A DNA stretch of 64,000 bases from Candidatus Bathyarchaeota archaeon (GCA_005888735.1 VBBN01000035.1:11671-75670); one strand, 5' to 3'; shown: positions 8,797 through 19,188, numbered from the stretch's first letter. Program-made: numbers and translations. Notes: a model not told the origin generated them from the sequence alone.

Positions 8797-9693
8797 TCAT
8801 CCTACGACTCCCTGTCTCTGAAGTTCGTCCTGTAACCCGGCCCTGATCTGCCTAAGCCTGATACGGTGGTCCGCATAGTCGTCGCCTGAAAGCTTTCCAT
8901 TCCTGAAATCATCGTCGAGCTGTTTTAGCTGATTCTCGAGCTCTGACATTCGCCTTCGCAGCTGGTCTAAGTAGGATGTTGGCGTGTCCTGGCTGGCAAT
9001 CTGGCTCGGGGTGAGCGAGGATTTGATGGTCCCATCCTCGATCCTCATAATGTTGTCCGCTGCCCTCGCAACATTCTGGTCGTGGGTGACCATGATCACG
9101 GTTTTCCCAAGCTCACGGTTCACCTTAACAAGAAAATCAGTGACCATCTTCGCATTCACACTGTCAAGTTCGCCTGTAGGCTCGTCGGCCAGCAGCAAAG
9201 GGGGGTCGTTGGCCAACGCAGCGGCTATTGCCACCCTTTGTTGCTCTCCGCCGCTCAACTCGTCAGGCTTGTGATCCTGCCGGTCCAACAATCCCACCAC
9301 GTTCAGGAGTTCTTTCGTTCTCGCTGAACGAGTTCCACGAGATGTCCCAGCGGCCATCATCGGAAGCTCGACGTTCTCAGCCGCGGTTAGAGTCGGAATC
9401 AGGTTTAGGGTCTGGAATATGTGGCCGACCACCTCCCGTCTGTAGTAGACCAGTTCTACTGGTTCCAAGTCCGTCAGCACGGTGTCGCCGACGCGAACCG
9501 TCCCGGCCGTTGCCCGATCGAGCCCGCCGAGAATATTCAACAGGGTCGTTTTTCCACTCCCGCTTGGGCCAATAATCGAAACCATCCCACCGGTTTCGAC
9601 CTTGATGCTGAGGCCTCGCAGTGCCTGGACCTCAACGCTTCCGAGCTTGTACGCCTTGACCAGAGAGTCGACGATGATCGGGACTGCTGTCAA
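8797..9693 (-). CDS. ABC transporter ATP-binding protein (LolD/MacB-like) with C-terminal coiled-coil extension
   Basis: GPSGSGKTT, LSGGEQQRV, LLADEPTG, VTHD. Confidence 0.95.
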   Translation of the reverse strand: MTAVPIIVDSLVKAYKLGSVEVQALRGLSIKVETGGMVSIIGPSGSGKTTLLNILGGLDRATAGTVRVGDTVLTDLEPVELVYYRREVVGHIFQTLNLIPTLTAAENVELPMMAAGTSRGTRSARTKELLNVVGLLDRQDHKPDELSGGEQQRVAIAAALANDPPLLLADEPTGELDSVNAKMVTDFLVKVNRELGKTVIMVTHDQNVARAADNIMRIEDGTIKSSLTPSQIASQDTPTSYLDQLRRRMSELENQLKQLDDDFRNGKLSGDDYADHRIRLRQIRAGLQDELQRQGVVG

Positions 9694-12479
9694 GCAAATC
9701 TTACCGTCCGGCTCATCCTAGAAAGGTCCTTTCTCGCGGAGGTAATTGCCGGGAGAAAAACACCGGCGAACAGTAGTCCAACAGTCCCCAGGATAGTTTC
9801 GGTCGCCCAGAGAGGAAAAACAACCCTTCTCTGAGCTAACATGCTCGTGTAGCTAAGGTTAAGGGTGCTTTGGGCCAGAGCATCACCGCGAACTGTAATG
9901 AGACCGACAGCGGTGGCGAGGATTAGCGCAAATATGAGGAGGGGAAGTACCTCGGTGACCAGTAACCCTAGCATTTGCTTGTACGAAAGGCCTCTCACCG
10001 CGATCATAGTCGTCTCCTTCTCGCGTTCCTTAAAGCCGGTATAGGAGACGGCGCCCACCCCAATGCACGCGGCTAACCCGGCGAAGACTGTTCCCAGGCG
10101 GAGAACATTCTGTATCCCGTTGGAAATGGTTCCCGTCGCTCCTTGAGTGCTGACCTCAGCTGTGTCGACACTGACTGATGTGTACGCTTTGCGAATCGAG
10201 CTGGCTAAGTTTGAGAGGGGTATAGCTGAGTCCGCCTTTGCAAGTACCGAGTAGGTGCTGGAGAAGATGGCCGGGTTCTCGACAACGAGGCCGATTGGAA
10301 CGTATGACCATCCCATGGGCGCAAACCCACCGAAGCCTGGAACGCCGAACGAACCGCCAAGGGACCTTTGGGAATAGTCGGGTCCGAAGAGGCTGATAAC
10401 TGAGAGAGCCTTCGTGCTACTGATGTTCACGTAACTTATCCCGTAGTACGACGCAACCCCATGATCAAGCACAATCGTCTGATTGTCCAGTGCCAAGATC
10501 CGGAAGATATCGTCAATGTTTCCGGTGAACCAGCCATCCTCGTAGTATGCCCCCTGCCTCCACGTCAACGGGTCGATGGCTTTCATCTGTAAGTACTGGA
10601 TCCGTGAAAGCTGGAGCGAAGTGGCCCCTTCAACCGTCGCCCCTGTAATATTGCTCCAGGAGCGTAACTGACTGGCGAACATTGACGCATTCGTTAGGGA
10701 GTTGAACCCGGTTATGCGCAGGTCGGAGCCGACTTGGGTCTCGGCTTGTCGGAAGTTGTAGTCTTGCTGGCTGGCCTGGTCGCCGACAACCCAGATCGAG
10801 TACCCCGCGATCAGGGCTACTAGGAAGACGATTGCGCTGACCCTGCGAGGGTTTCGGAAGACATTCTTGGAGGCTAGGGTTGCAACGTCTCCAACCAGCC
10901 TCTTGGAAAGTGAGGCGAATCCCCGGTGAAATCGGAGAGCTAGCCCTGTAGATAGCTGGGTGGCTCCGTATAGGAAGAGGAATGGGCCTATGAAGGTCAG
11001 TCCAAAGTCTGCGACAGCCATGATAATGAGAACAAGTGCGAGCAGGAAGTTGGTGCCGAAAAAGAATCGGCCTATGTTCTGGAAGTTTATTCCGAGGGTT
11101 AGGAGGATTATCTTGTAGAGGCCGAGAGAGAAAGCTAGGATAGCGCCCGTCTTCCTGCTAGAACGTGTGTCTTCTAAGTAGACGTATTCTCTCAAGGCTT
11201 TAGCTGGGTCCATTGAAGCCGCGGCACGGGCAGGCGAGAAAATTGAGAGCAGCGTCAGAATCACTGTGAAGACTATTGTGATGATTGCGGTGTTGCTTGT
11301 GAGGAACACGGCTCCTGGGTTGCTCCCGCTGAGGACCTGGATAAAATAAGGATTCAAGGTCACCGCAGCCGCCAAGCCAAGACCTCCACCTACGAGGCCG
11401 ACGATCAGTGCCTCGACCATGAAGTGTCTGAACAGTTGCGCATTGGAGAAGCCCTTGGTCTTGAGAAGCCCAATCTCCCTCCTCCGCAGGTTGAACGAGG
11501 CTTGGGAAACAGTTCTTCCAACAAGCCAGGCCACAAAGAAAACTGGAAGCGAGAAAATCGTGAATGTGAATCGGAGGAGGAAAATGCTCTGCGAGAAGCT
11601 TGCCAGAGGCCCGGTCAGACTTTCACTTGAGCTGAAATTGTACCGAGCAGCCTCATTTGTAACCTTGGCCTCGATCTGTTGTACTTGGGCAATACTGCCT
11701 TCGATGTTGAACGCGCTTAGAAGCCTCGACCTGTCAAGGTAGACATTTACAGTTGCGGCGATGTTGTACCCACCGCGATTATTGGGAGGAATGGTTTCCT
11801 TGTACTCCCACCGAACTAAGGGAAGGAAGGTCCGCTCCCAACTCACAATAAGAACACTGCTCGGTCTCTGGACAATGTCCGTTCCTCGGAAATTGCTGAC
11901 AAGAGAGCTAACGCCCAAGGTGGCTGAAGCCAAGGTGTCCAGTTTCGCCACCCCTACAATCCTCAGGGTCACATTGTAGCTGTGCCGGTATGAGCCAAAG
12001 CTGTACCCTACCGTTTGACCAAAGGTGTAATTCTGCCCAAACGGTGAGTCCGCGTTAACAAAAGACTCATTGGCCTCAAGTGTCTTTTGACCGTTGACAA
12101 CTGACAGGTGCTTATAGAGAAGAGAACTGTCCTGAATTGCTTTCACCGTGGGAAATGAAGGGTTGAAAATCGGGCCTTGTTGGGGTGCACTCCCGAATAA
12201 CTCCACAGATGCCACCCCATCCACTTGTCCGACCTTTGCGGCAACGTTTTGGAAGGTCTCCGGTGGAACTGGTATCGAGCCTTGCGGGAAACCAGTCGAG
12301 GGGGTGAGTTGCATGTCGACCGGGGTATCGGCTAGTTGGGCATCGAGAGCCTGTTTCCCAATCGTATCGGCTCCGACATTGATTCCACCGAAGAACGTTG
12401 CGGCCAACATCATTCCAAGTATTAGGGACACGAAAAGTTTCCAGGACCGCACGATCCTCTTCAGGGCATAGGACAGCAT
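9690..12479 (-). CDS. FtsX/MacB-like ABC transporter permease
   Basis: Two FtsX-type repeats (RRREIGLLKTKG, EREKETTMIAVRG) with large extracytoplasmic loops; 4-nt overlap with the ATPase gene. Confidence 0.9.
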   Translation of the reverse strand: MLSYALKRIVRSWKLFVSLILGMMLAATFFGGINVGADTIGKQALDAQLADTPVDMQLTPSTGFPQGSIPVPPETFQNVAAKVGQVDGVASVELFGSAPQQGPIFNPSFPTVKAIQDSSLLYKHLSVVNGQKTLEANESFVNADSPFGQNYTFGQTVGYSFGSYRHSYNVTLRIVGVAKLDTLASATLGVSSLVSNFRGTDIVQRPSSVLIVSWERTFLPLVRWEYKETIPPNNRGGYNIAATVNVYLDRSRLLSAFNIEGSIAQVQQIEAKVTNEAARYNFSSSESLTGPLASFSQSIFLLRFTFTIFSLPVFFVAWLVGRTVSQASFNLRRREIGLLKTKGFSNAQLFRHFMVEALIVGLVGGGLGLAAAVTLNPYFIQVLSGSNPGAVFLTSNTAIITIVFTVILTLLSIFSPARAAASMDPAKALREYVYLEDTRSSRKTGAILAFSLGLYKIILLTLGINFQNIGRFFFGTNFLLALVLIIMAVADFGLTFIGPFLFLYGATQLSTGLALRFHRGFASLSKRLVGDVATLASKNVFRNPRRVSAIVFLVALIAGYSIWVVGDQASQQDYNFRQAETQVGSDLRITGFNSLTNASMFASQLRSWSNITGATVEGATSLQLSRIQYLQMKAIDPLTWRQGAYYEDGWFTGNIDDIFRILALDNQTIVLDHGVASYYGISYVNISSTKALSVISLFGPDYSQRSLGGSFGVPGFGGFAPMGWSYVPIGLVVENPAIFSSTYSVLAKADSAIPLSNLASSIRKAYTSVSVDTAEVSTQGATGTISNGIQNVLRLGTVFAGLAACIGVGAVSYTGFKEREKETTMIAVRGLSYKQMLGLLVTEVLPLLIFALILATAVGLITVRGDALAQSTLNLSYTSMLAQRRVVFPLWATETILGTVGLLFAGVFLPAITSARKDLSRMSRTVRFA

Positions 12480-12583
12480 CGCCGAGTGGCGCGTCTACCT
12501 GGCCGAGGCCTATTCAGCTTTGCCGAATCCAATGGTCAAAGGGAATACTTTTCGGAAGGCATTCGAGGCTTGTGGTTTACCTC

Positions 12584-13069
12584 TCAAGCCATTTCACTTT
12601 TCTTGGCGTGAAACTTTTCCAGAAGACGAAGCATATCCTGGTCCTCATATTCTTCAACCAGGACCCTGTACCCCTCGTCAGTCTTCTCGTCAACTAGCTC
12701 TTTCTTCGCGTAAACCTCGCAAATGTAACTGTCCTCCTTCAAAAGGCCGAGTCCCTGCGGACCAGGGCCCAAGACATCGAACAAGATCTTCATGAGGTTA
12801 TCCAGGTCCTTCACGGGTCTCGTGTTTGTGACGCTGGGAGAACCTTTCCACAGGAAGAAACCGACGGTGATACTGACCAGTCGTCCTTTCATCCTGGACT
12901 TGAGCTGTTCAAGATTGTGCCCAGTAGTCGCTTCCAGAATCGCCTTCCGCAGCTTTCCCTCCTTCTCCGGCTTGTCTTTACCGCTCCCTATCGTTACGGG
13001 TTCGAACGGGATGATGGCGATGTCGAGGAGCGTCCGGGTGGACTCAACATCCTCTGCCTCATCTTCCAA
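12584..13069 (-). CDS. RusA-like Holliday junction resolvase family protein
   Basis: KDLDNLMKILFDVL...EDSYI matches the RusA DxDNxxK...D motif. Confidence 0.7.
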   Translation of the reverse strand: MEDEAEDVESTRTLLDIAIIPFEPVTIGSGKDKPEKEGKLRKAILEATTGHNLEQLKSRMKGRLVSITVGFFLWKGSPSVTNTRPVKDLDNLMKILFDVLGPGPQGLGLLKEDSYICEVYAKKELVDEKTDEGYRVLVEEYEDQDMLRLLEKFHAKKSEMA

Positions 13070-13221
13070 GTTCCGGTCGAGGCTATGCCGCCTCTGTTTA
13101 CTACTTAAGCGGAGGAGGTGGTCGAGCCTTGGACTTCACAAGGCCCCGCTGCTAATCGGTCTCTCTGAGGCCGTGCTCTACCCGAGTCTGAAGAACTCAA
13201 GCCGACCCTCCAGGTCCCTGT

Positions 13222-13752
13222 TCATGAGGTAATGGGCGCAGTCGAGTTGATCCGGTGGAGTGTTTCAACCGCAAAAGTAGTCCATCGTCCCTGTCCATCT
13301 TTCTGCTCTATGATTATTGACCAGGTTCCGTTGGAAGGGTTCCGGGACACGGTATTGTGGAGAGGCCCATCAGGGCCTTCGAAGACGAACTTGATGGAAT
13401 TTTCGTTGTTCAACCTGCCAAACCCGATGGTCTCGGAGAACCTTCCACCAAACACGTCAAGCCAGTGGACAACATAACGCTCGCTCATATTGTCATATCC
13501 GATGAAAACCAAAGCTTCGTACTCGGCGCGTTCCTGCCTGTCTCCGCTGTCGCGAAGCCGTTTTGTTTCTGAGTCAATGAAATTGACACGGAGAAATTGA
13601 TGGTTGAGAACCCACGCCGATTCACAGTACTGATTAATTTCCTGACCTGCAATCTTTCCTGAGACCCTCCAGGTTCCTACCAGCCCATCGAGAAGACTAT
13701 CGTAGAAGGGGTGGCTCTCGCCATCAACCTCCGCAGCTTTCTCCTCGGACAA
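13222..13752 (-). CDS. DUF1579-like beta-barrel protein
   Basis: LVGTW..SG, WVLNHQFL, IGYD....RYVVHWLD. Confidence 0.7.
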   Translation of the reverse strand: MSEEKAAEVDGESHPFYDSLLDGLVGTWRVSGKIAGQEINQYCESAWVLNHQFLRVNFIDSETKRLRDSGDRQERAEYEALVFIGYDNMSERYVVHWLDVFGGRFSETIGFGRLNNENSIKFVFEGPDGPLHNTVSRNPSNGTWSIIIEQKDGQGRWTTFAVETLHRINSTAPITS

Positions 13753-13884
13753 TCAGAATCTTGCTAAAGGTTTTCTGGTAGCATATTATCCGTTTCTAGC
13801 ACTCCCCTCTCAGGGATTTGAGGCGACAGGCTATCGTCAATCATCGGAGAGTATATCTCGGCAAGGCTCCTGCATTGCGCCGAC

Positions 13885-16113
13885 ATGAGACTAGTGATCG
13901 TGTCTAACAGGTTGCCCTTCGCCGCTGTGAAGAGGGGCGACAGACTATTCTTGCGGTCCAGCACAGGCGGTCTTGTCTCAGGTCTGACAGAGTACTTGGA
14001 GTGGGCCGAGAAAACCGTACCTGGAGCAAGTCATGTCTGGCTCGGCTGGCCGGGAATAGATGTTGAGGAGGATCTCAGGGAGACATTGAAGTCCAAAGCC
14101 GCCTCGAAATACCACGCAGTTCCCATTTTCATCGACAGCCAGACAATGGACAAGTTCTACCACGGATTCTGCAACAGCACACTCTGGCCACTCTTCCACT
14201 ACTTTCCCACCTATGCCAAATTTGACGCTGAGTTCTGGGAACAATACGTTCGGGTCAACGAGGCCTTCAGCGAGGCTGTGGCGAAGGTCGTCCAGCAAGA
14301 CGATATCGTCTGGGTCCACGATTACCACCTCATGCTTCTGCCAAACCTTCTACGCAAGAAAATTCCCAACATCTCAACAGGCTTCTTCCTCCATACTCCA
14401 TTCCCCTCCTACGACATTTTCCGCCTATTACCAACAGAATGGCGCAGACAAATACTGGAAGGGGTTGTCGGGGCGGACCTCATAGGTTTCCACACGATAG
14501 ACTACACTCAACACTTCCTCAGGTGTGCACTACGAATTCTCGGCTACGAACACAGCTATGGACAGTTCCCCGTAGAAGATCGAATAGTGAAGGTTGACAC
14601 CTTTCCCATGGGCATAGACTACCAGCTCTTCCACGAATCCGCCAAGAGCGTCGAGGCCCGGCGCGAGGAGCGTGGACTAAAGCAGAAGCTGGCCGGGCTG
14701 AGAACAATACTCTCGACAGACCGGCTCGACTACACGAAGGGGATCAAAAATCGACTTGAAGCGTACTCAATCTTCCTCGACAAGTATCCCCAGTGGCGAC
14801 AAAAAGCAGTTCTCGTACTTTCTATTGTCCCTTCTAGGCTTGGAGCAGAGCACTACCAGGAGATGAAGGAAGAGGTTGACAGGCTTGTCGGCAACATCAA
14901 CGGAAAGTTCGGAACCATCGACTGGACACCCATAGTGTACCGCTACAGGTACCTACCATTCAACCAACTTCTAAGCTTGTTCAGCATCAGTGATGTCGCC
15001 TTGATTACACCTCTGCGTGACGGGATGAACTTGGTCGCCAAGGAGTATCTTGCCTCGAAAACCGACAGGAAAGGCGTCCTAATTCTAAGCGAGATGGCCG
15101 GAGCTGCCAGAGAGCTCGGAGAGGCTCTCGTCATAAACCCAAATGACACAAACGAGATTGTGGAGGCACTCAAGACGGCTCTCGAGATGCCCGAAGAAGA
15201 GCAGATCCGGCGTAACGAGGCGATGCAGGACCGGCTCAAACGCTACGACGTGTTCAGCTGGGGCCAGGACTTTATCAACAAACTGAACGGTGTCAAAGCC
15301 GAACAGAGGAGGTTTAACGCCAGACTTCTGGACCCTCTGAACAGGGAGAAACTCGTTAAGGAATTCGTGATCTCCGATAAGCGGGTCCTATTCCTCGACT
15401 ACGACGGCACACTCTCCCCTTTCGCAGATAGTCCTGAAAAAGCCGTGCCAAGCGATACCTTACTCGAGACTCTCAAACGGCTCTCCGAAGAGCCAAGAAC
15501 CAGAATCGTCATCGTCAGCGGACGCCACAAGGACACACTTCAACAGTGGTTCGGCTCGCTAAACATCGCTATGATTGCCGAACATGGGGGCTGGGTCAGA
15601 GACGAGGGCGGAGAGTGGCGTCCCTCGGTCCCCACCGCCATTGGTTGGAAGGAAAAAGTTCTTCCTGTTCTCAAAACGTACAGAGATAGGTTGCCAGGGT
15701 CGTTCATAGAAGAGAAAGAGTTCTCGCTGGCCTGGCACTATCGACGCGCAGACCCGGAACTTGGACCGATGCGGGCCCGAGAACTTGCAGACGAATTGTC
15801 CGACTTTCTCGCCAACACAGAACTTCAAGTCCTACAGGGCAGCAGAATAGTAGAGGTGAGACAGGTGGGGGTCAACAAGGGCTCGGCGACAGCTCACTTT
15901 CTTGGACAAGCCAGCTTCGTACTCGCCATCGGAGACGACTGGAGCGATGAGGACCTCTTCAAAGCGATTCCAGACACGGCGTACTCGATCAAGGTTGGCA
16001 TGACTAAGTCCTACGCCAAGTTCAACTTGAGAAGCTACCGTGAAGTTATTCAACTCTTGAAAGAACTCGCTCAGAACGCTAGCCTACTCCAACCCGTCCG
16101 GGAACCTGCATAA
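13885..16113 (+). CDS. Bifunctional trehalose-6-phosphate synthase/phosphatase (OtsA-OtsB fusion)
   Basis: GT20 motifs VSNRLP, GGL, WVHDYHL, DRLDYTKG, RDGMNLVAKEY; HAD motifs LDYDGTL and GDDWSDE. Confidence 0.96.
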   Translation: MRLVIVSNRLPFAAVKRGDRLFLRSSTGGLVSGLTEYLEWAEKTVPGASHVWLGWPGIDVEEDLRETLKSKAASKYHAVPIFIDSQTMDKFYHGFCNSTLWPLFHYFPTYAKFDAEFWEQYVRVNEAFSEAVAKVVQQDDIVWVHDYHLMLLPNLLRKKIPNISTGFFLHTPFPSYDIFRLLPTEWRRQILEGVVGADLIGFHTIDYTQHFLRCALRILGYEHSYGQFPVEDRIVKVDTFPMGIDYQLFHESAKSVEARREERGLKQKLAGLRTILSTDRLDYTKGIKNRLEAYSIFLDKYPQWRQKAVLVLSIVPSRLGAEHYQEMKEEVDRLVGNINGKFGTIDWTPIVYRYRYLPFNQLLSLFSISDVALITPLRDGMNLVAKEYLASKTDRKGVLILSEMAGAARELGEALVINPNDTNEIVEALKTALEMPEEEQIRRNEAMQDRLKRYDVFSWGQDFINKLNGVKAEQRRFNARLLDPLNREKLVKEFVISDKRVLFLDYDGTLSPFADSPEKAVPSDTLLETLKRLSEEPRTRIVIVSGRHKDTLQQWFGSLNIAMIAEHGGWVRDEGGEWRPSVPTAIGWKEKVLPVLKTYRDRLPGSFIEEKEFSLAWHYRRADPELGPMRARELADELSDFLANTELQVLQGSRIVEVRQVGVNKGSATAHFLGQASFVLAIGDDWSDEDLFKAIPDTAYSIKVGMTKSYAKFNLRSYREVIQLLKELAQNASLLQPVREPA

Positions 16114-18046
16114 TCCCATCTTTTCCCGGCCCAAACGAACCCGGCTGATCGCCAGCGGCGGAGACCTTTCTAGCGCCTTTGACTTCGCGTGACAGCGCTG
16201 ATACGTATCGCTTCGAGCTGCTTCGCTGGCGCGCGTACTTGAGACGAACAGCCGCGTTGATAAGTCCCATATGCGTGTAGGCTTGGGGGAAGTTCCCCAG
16301 CGCCTCACCCGTCTCTGTGTCTATCTCTTCCGAGTAGAGTCCAAGATGGTTCCCACGCCCAAGCAGTTGGCTCATAAGTCTCTCTGCGTCTTCCACTCTG
16401 CCAAGCCGAGCTAGACAGTCGACGAGCCAGAAACTGCACACTGTGAACGCTCCTTCTCTTCCTGGTAGGCCATCATTTGCTGAGTATCGGCGCACCAGGT
16501 CGCCCGAGCCGAGTTCCTCCATAATGCGTCGGATTGTGGACTCTACCTTTGGATGCTTCGCAGGCAGAAATTTCGCCAGCGGCATAAGTAGGTTCGCCGC
16601 GTCCAAGTCGTCTCCGTCAAACGTCATTGTGAACGCTCTCTTCCGGGCAGACCATCCTCTCGTCAGAATCTCACTCTTTATTCTCCTCTTAATCGGGTCC
16701 CATCTGGAACAATCTTCATGGTAACCGAGTTCCCGAGCTAGTTTTGCAGCTCGGTCGAGGGCAATGTAGCACCACATTCGAGATTCTACGAAGAGCTTTC
16801 GCTCTCCTCGCATCTCCCAAATCCCACTATCAGGCTTTCTCCAAGCCTCGATTACTTGGTCAGCGGAGGGTCTCACAAGAGTCTCGTAAACCTGCTTTGT
16901 AGTATTGCCCGACACACGGTGGAGGAAGAACAAGGAATCTATCAACACCCCGTGTATGTCGAGCTGAAGCTGTGCGTGGGCAGAATTGCCCAATCTGACC
17001 GGCCTTGAGCCCTCGTATCCTTCAAGATGGTCCAACGAATATTCCGGGCCAACTTTGTCGCCGGTGACAGTTCTCATGATCTGCATTCTCTCGTTCGAGT
17101 ACTTGTGAAGGCTAACCAACCACCTTGCATAGTCCAATGCCTCGCCTGTAACACCGACCGAGGTCAATGCCCAGATGGAGAATGCAGCGTCTCGGACCCA
17201 CGAGTATCGGTAGTCCCAGTTTCTCGTCCCTCCCAAGCACTCAGGGAGAGACGTGGTGATAGCTGCCACGATCGCGCCTGTGGGGGCGTACTGGAGTAGC
17301 TTCAGTACAAGGCAGGACCTGACGACGTGAGACCGGTATGGTCCTTCATACTTCACATGTCTCGCCCAGTTCTTCCAATACTGCAGTGTCTTTGAGAGTT
17401 TGGTGCTCGTTCGATAGGGAGACGCAGGTTTGGTTCGTGCGGTGCCGTATTCGACAAAGAAGGAGGCTCTTCTCCCTTCTTCCAACCTTATTCTTTGGCC
17501 AGCCCCTTCTCTCCTGACTTGAAGCCCAGACGGCGATGATAGGGAGAGCAAGTGTTTCGCGTTCTTGGCATAACAGCCCCGGGATGTCTTTACGAGAACT
17601 GTCTTCCCGCGCGAATAGTTCAGCCGCGGTTGAAACGTCACTCGGAGCATAACCTCCCCACTCACGCACTCAACGAGCCGGTGAAACTCATCAAGGACCC
17701 GGAGCTTTCCCTTCTCCATGAAGCAAGGCATGAAATCAGTCAGTACGGCCCTGCCAGTAGTCGTTTGGAAAGTAGTCTGGAGAACATTTGTTTCTTCTCG
17801 GTAGTTCTGGTGAGAGCTGAACCGACCCGTGGGAGCGATCTGGAATTTTCCACCTTTCCTCGTATCCAATATGGATGCGAAAACACTTGGAGAATCAAAT
17901 CTTGGAACGCAATACCAGTCGACAGACCCGTCAATTCCAACGAGGGCTCCCGTATGCAAGTTTCCGACGACGCCATAGTCGCGAATCCGCTTGTAACCCG
18001 CTGCTGACACAGTTGGCTCTTCACTGGGTCGAGGTTCTTCAGGCAT
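16079..18046 (-). CDS. Glycoside hydrolase family 15 (trehalase/glucoamylase-like)
   Basis: PRFDSPSVF, TTSLPE..GG.RNWDYRYSWVRD, GIWEMR, LYSEEID, GNFPQAYTH. Confidence 0.95.
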   Translation of the reverse strand: MPEEPRPSEEPTVSAAGYKRIRDYGVVGNLHTGALVGIDGSVDWYCVPRFDSPSVFASILDTRKGGKFQIAPTGRFSSHQNYREETNVLQTTFQTTTGRAVLTDFMPCFMEKGKLRVLDEFHRLVECVSGEVMLRVTFQPRLNYSRGKTVLVKTSRGCYAKNAKHLLSLSSPSGLQVRREGAGQRIRLEEGRRASFFVEYGTARTKPASPYRTSTKLSKTLQYWKNWARHVKYEGPYRSHVVRSCLVLKLLQYAPTGAIVAAITTSLPECLGGTRNWDYRYSWVRDAAFSIWALTSVGVTGEALDYARWLVSLHKYSNERMQIMRTVTGDKVGPEYSLDHLEGYEGSRPVRLGNSAHAQLQLDIHGVLIDSLFFLHRVSGNTTKQVYETLVRPSADQVIEAWRKPDSGIWEMRGERKLFVESRMWCYIALDRAAKLARELGYHEDCSRWDPIKRRIKSEILTRGWSARKRAFTMTFDGDDLDAANLLMPLAKFLPAKHPKVESTIRRIMEELGSGDLVRRYSANDGLPGREGAFTVCSFWLVDCLARLGRVEDAERLMSQLLGRGNHLGLYSEEIDTETGEALGNFPQAYTHMGLINAAVRLKYARQRSSSKRYVSALSREVKGARKVSAAGDQPGSFGPGKDGIMQVPGRVGVG

Positions 18047-18070
18047 TTGACCACCGGTCTTTTTGAGGTT

Positions 18071-18421
18071 CTACTTTCTTGATGTCTTTGCAGGCAGCTT
18101 GCTAGCCCATTCTAGTGACCGCCCGACCCATGAACGGATTGTCTCTGGGTCCTTCCACCAAGCGCGAGGAATCATCACGTATTCCTTCATCGGTCTACTC
18201 TGCACAGGCTCTAACAACGAAGCGCCTTTCTTGAGAAGCTCTTTCCGATGATTGTCAGACAGTCGTACAAACAAGTCGTTTCCGAACACTCCGAAGAACA
18301 TGTTGCCGTTCATGAATGCTGACACGTTGTCGAACATTGGCCGAACCGTAACCCTTGGGTCGTCAGGCAAGAACGACCTGAACGCCTCCTTAGACCTCTC
18401 ATCGGCCCGAGGAATATTCAT
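18071..18421 (-). CDS. TfoX/Sxy N-terminal domain protein
   Basis: RPMF...FMNGNMF...LFVRL...RPMKEYV...SLEWASKLPAK. Confidence 0.85.
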   Translation of the reverse strand: MNIPRADERSKEAFRSFLPDDPRVTVRPMFDNVSAFMNGNMFFGVFGNDLFVRLSDNHRKELLKKGASLLEPVQSRPMKEYVMIPRAWWKDPETIRSWVGRSLEWASKLPAKTSRK

Positions 18422-18497
18422 GCCCGACCCCTCGAAACCGACCCGTCTCTTCTTATTCCTTTTAGGACAGGGAGCTTTATGCGGTCTCCCGTCTGCT

Positions 18498-19076
18498 TTA
18501 CAGTTGCTTTAGCGTACGGTTTGCCCATTCGAGTTGCCGCTGGAGGTTCAGCGCGTATTCTTTCAGCATGAAGCCTATTTGCTTCGACGGTATCTTGTCC
18601 CGTTTCAGCTCGAGAACGTCGCGTACAAAACTAAACTGCCCTGATACCATGTGGGTGAACAGATTTGGCAGCTGCTCGGGCTCCACGAGTTCGATGAATA
18701 AGCGTCTCATCGCCCCCCAGTTCTCGCCTGCTTTCCGAAACATATCGCTTGACTGTCGCACGCGCCTTGCACCTTTGGGGGTGATGTGGTACACCCGCTG
18801 AGAGGTCTCGCCTCGCCGATGCGGTTCTGTCTTGATGTAACTTTCAGCGAGGAGTTCTTTCAAGATTGGATAGACGGATCCTGCCCCAGGTCGCCAGGAG
18901 CCCTCCGTCTTGCTGGCGATCTCACGAAGGATATCGTAACCATGTGCGGGTTTCTCTGCTATCCTATGTAGGATGTAGTGACGTAAGAGACCTCGTGGAG
19001 CGCCTTGTGGGCCCAGCAAGCCATGCTGCGGGGGCTTCTTGTCCGGGATAGCTTTCGAGCGGGGCATGCTCACCAT
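18498..19076 (-). CDS. PadR family transcriptional regulator
   Basis: PAHGYDI...PGAGSVYPILKEL...RVYHITPKG. Confidence 0.92.
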   Translation of the reverse strand: MVSMPRSKAIPDKKPPQHGLLGPQGAPRGLLRHYILHRIAEKPAHGYDILREIASKTEGSWRPGAGSVYPILKELLAESYIKTEPHRRGETSQRVYHITPKGARRVRQSSDMFRKAGENWGAMRRLFIELVEPEQLPNLFTHMVSGQFSFVRDVLELKRDKIPSKQIGFMLKEYALNLQRQLEWANRTLKQL

Positions 19077-19138
19077 GATCTGAGGTGCTGTCTGCTAATA
19101 AGGCTCGCTCGTACAGTCTCTCTAATGTCCAATACTTT

Positions 19139-19164
19139 ATATCGCATCATATCTGATGCGATAT
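19139..19164. promoter_or_regulatory. Perfect 11-bp inverted repeat, putative PadR operator overlapping a TATA box
   Basis: ATATCGCATCA-tatc-TGATGCGATAT between divergent PadR and ABC genes; TTTATAT at 19136-19142. Confidence 0.75.
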
Positions 19165-19188
19165 ATCCAATACGATAGTGTAAGCAAA

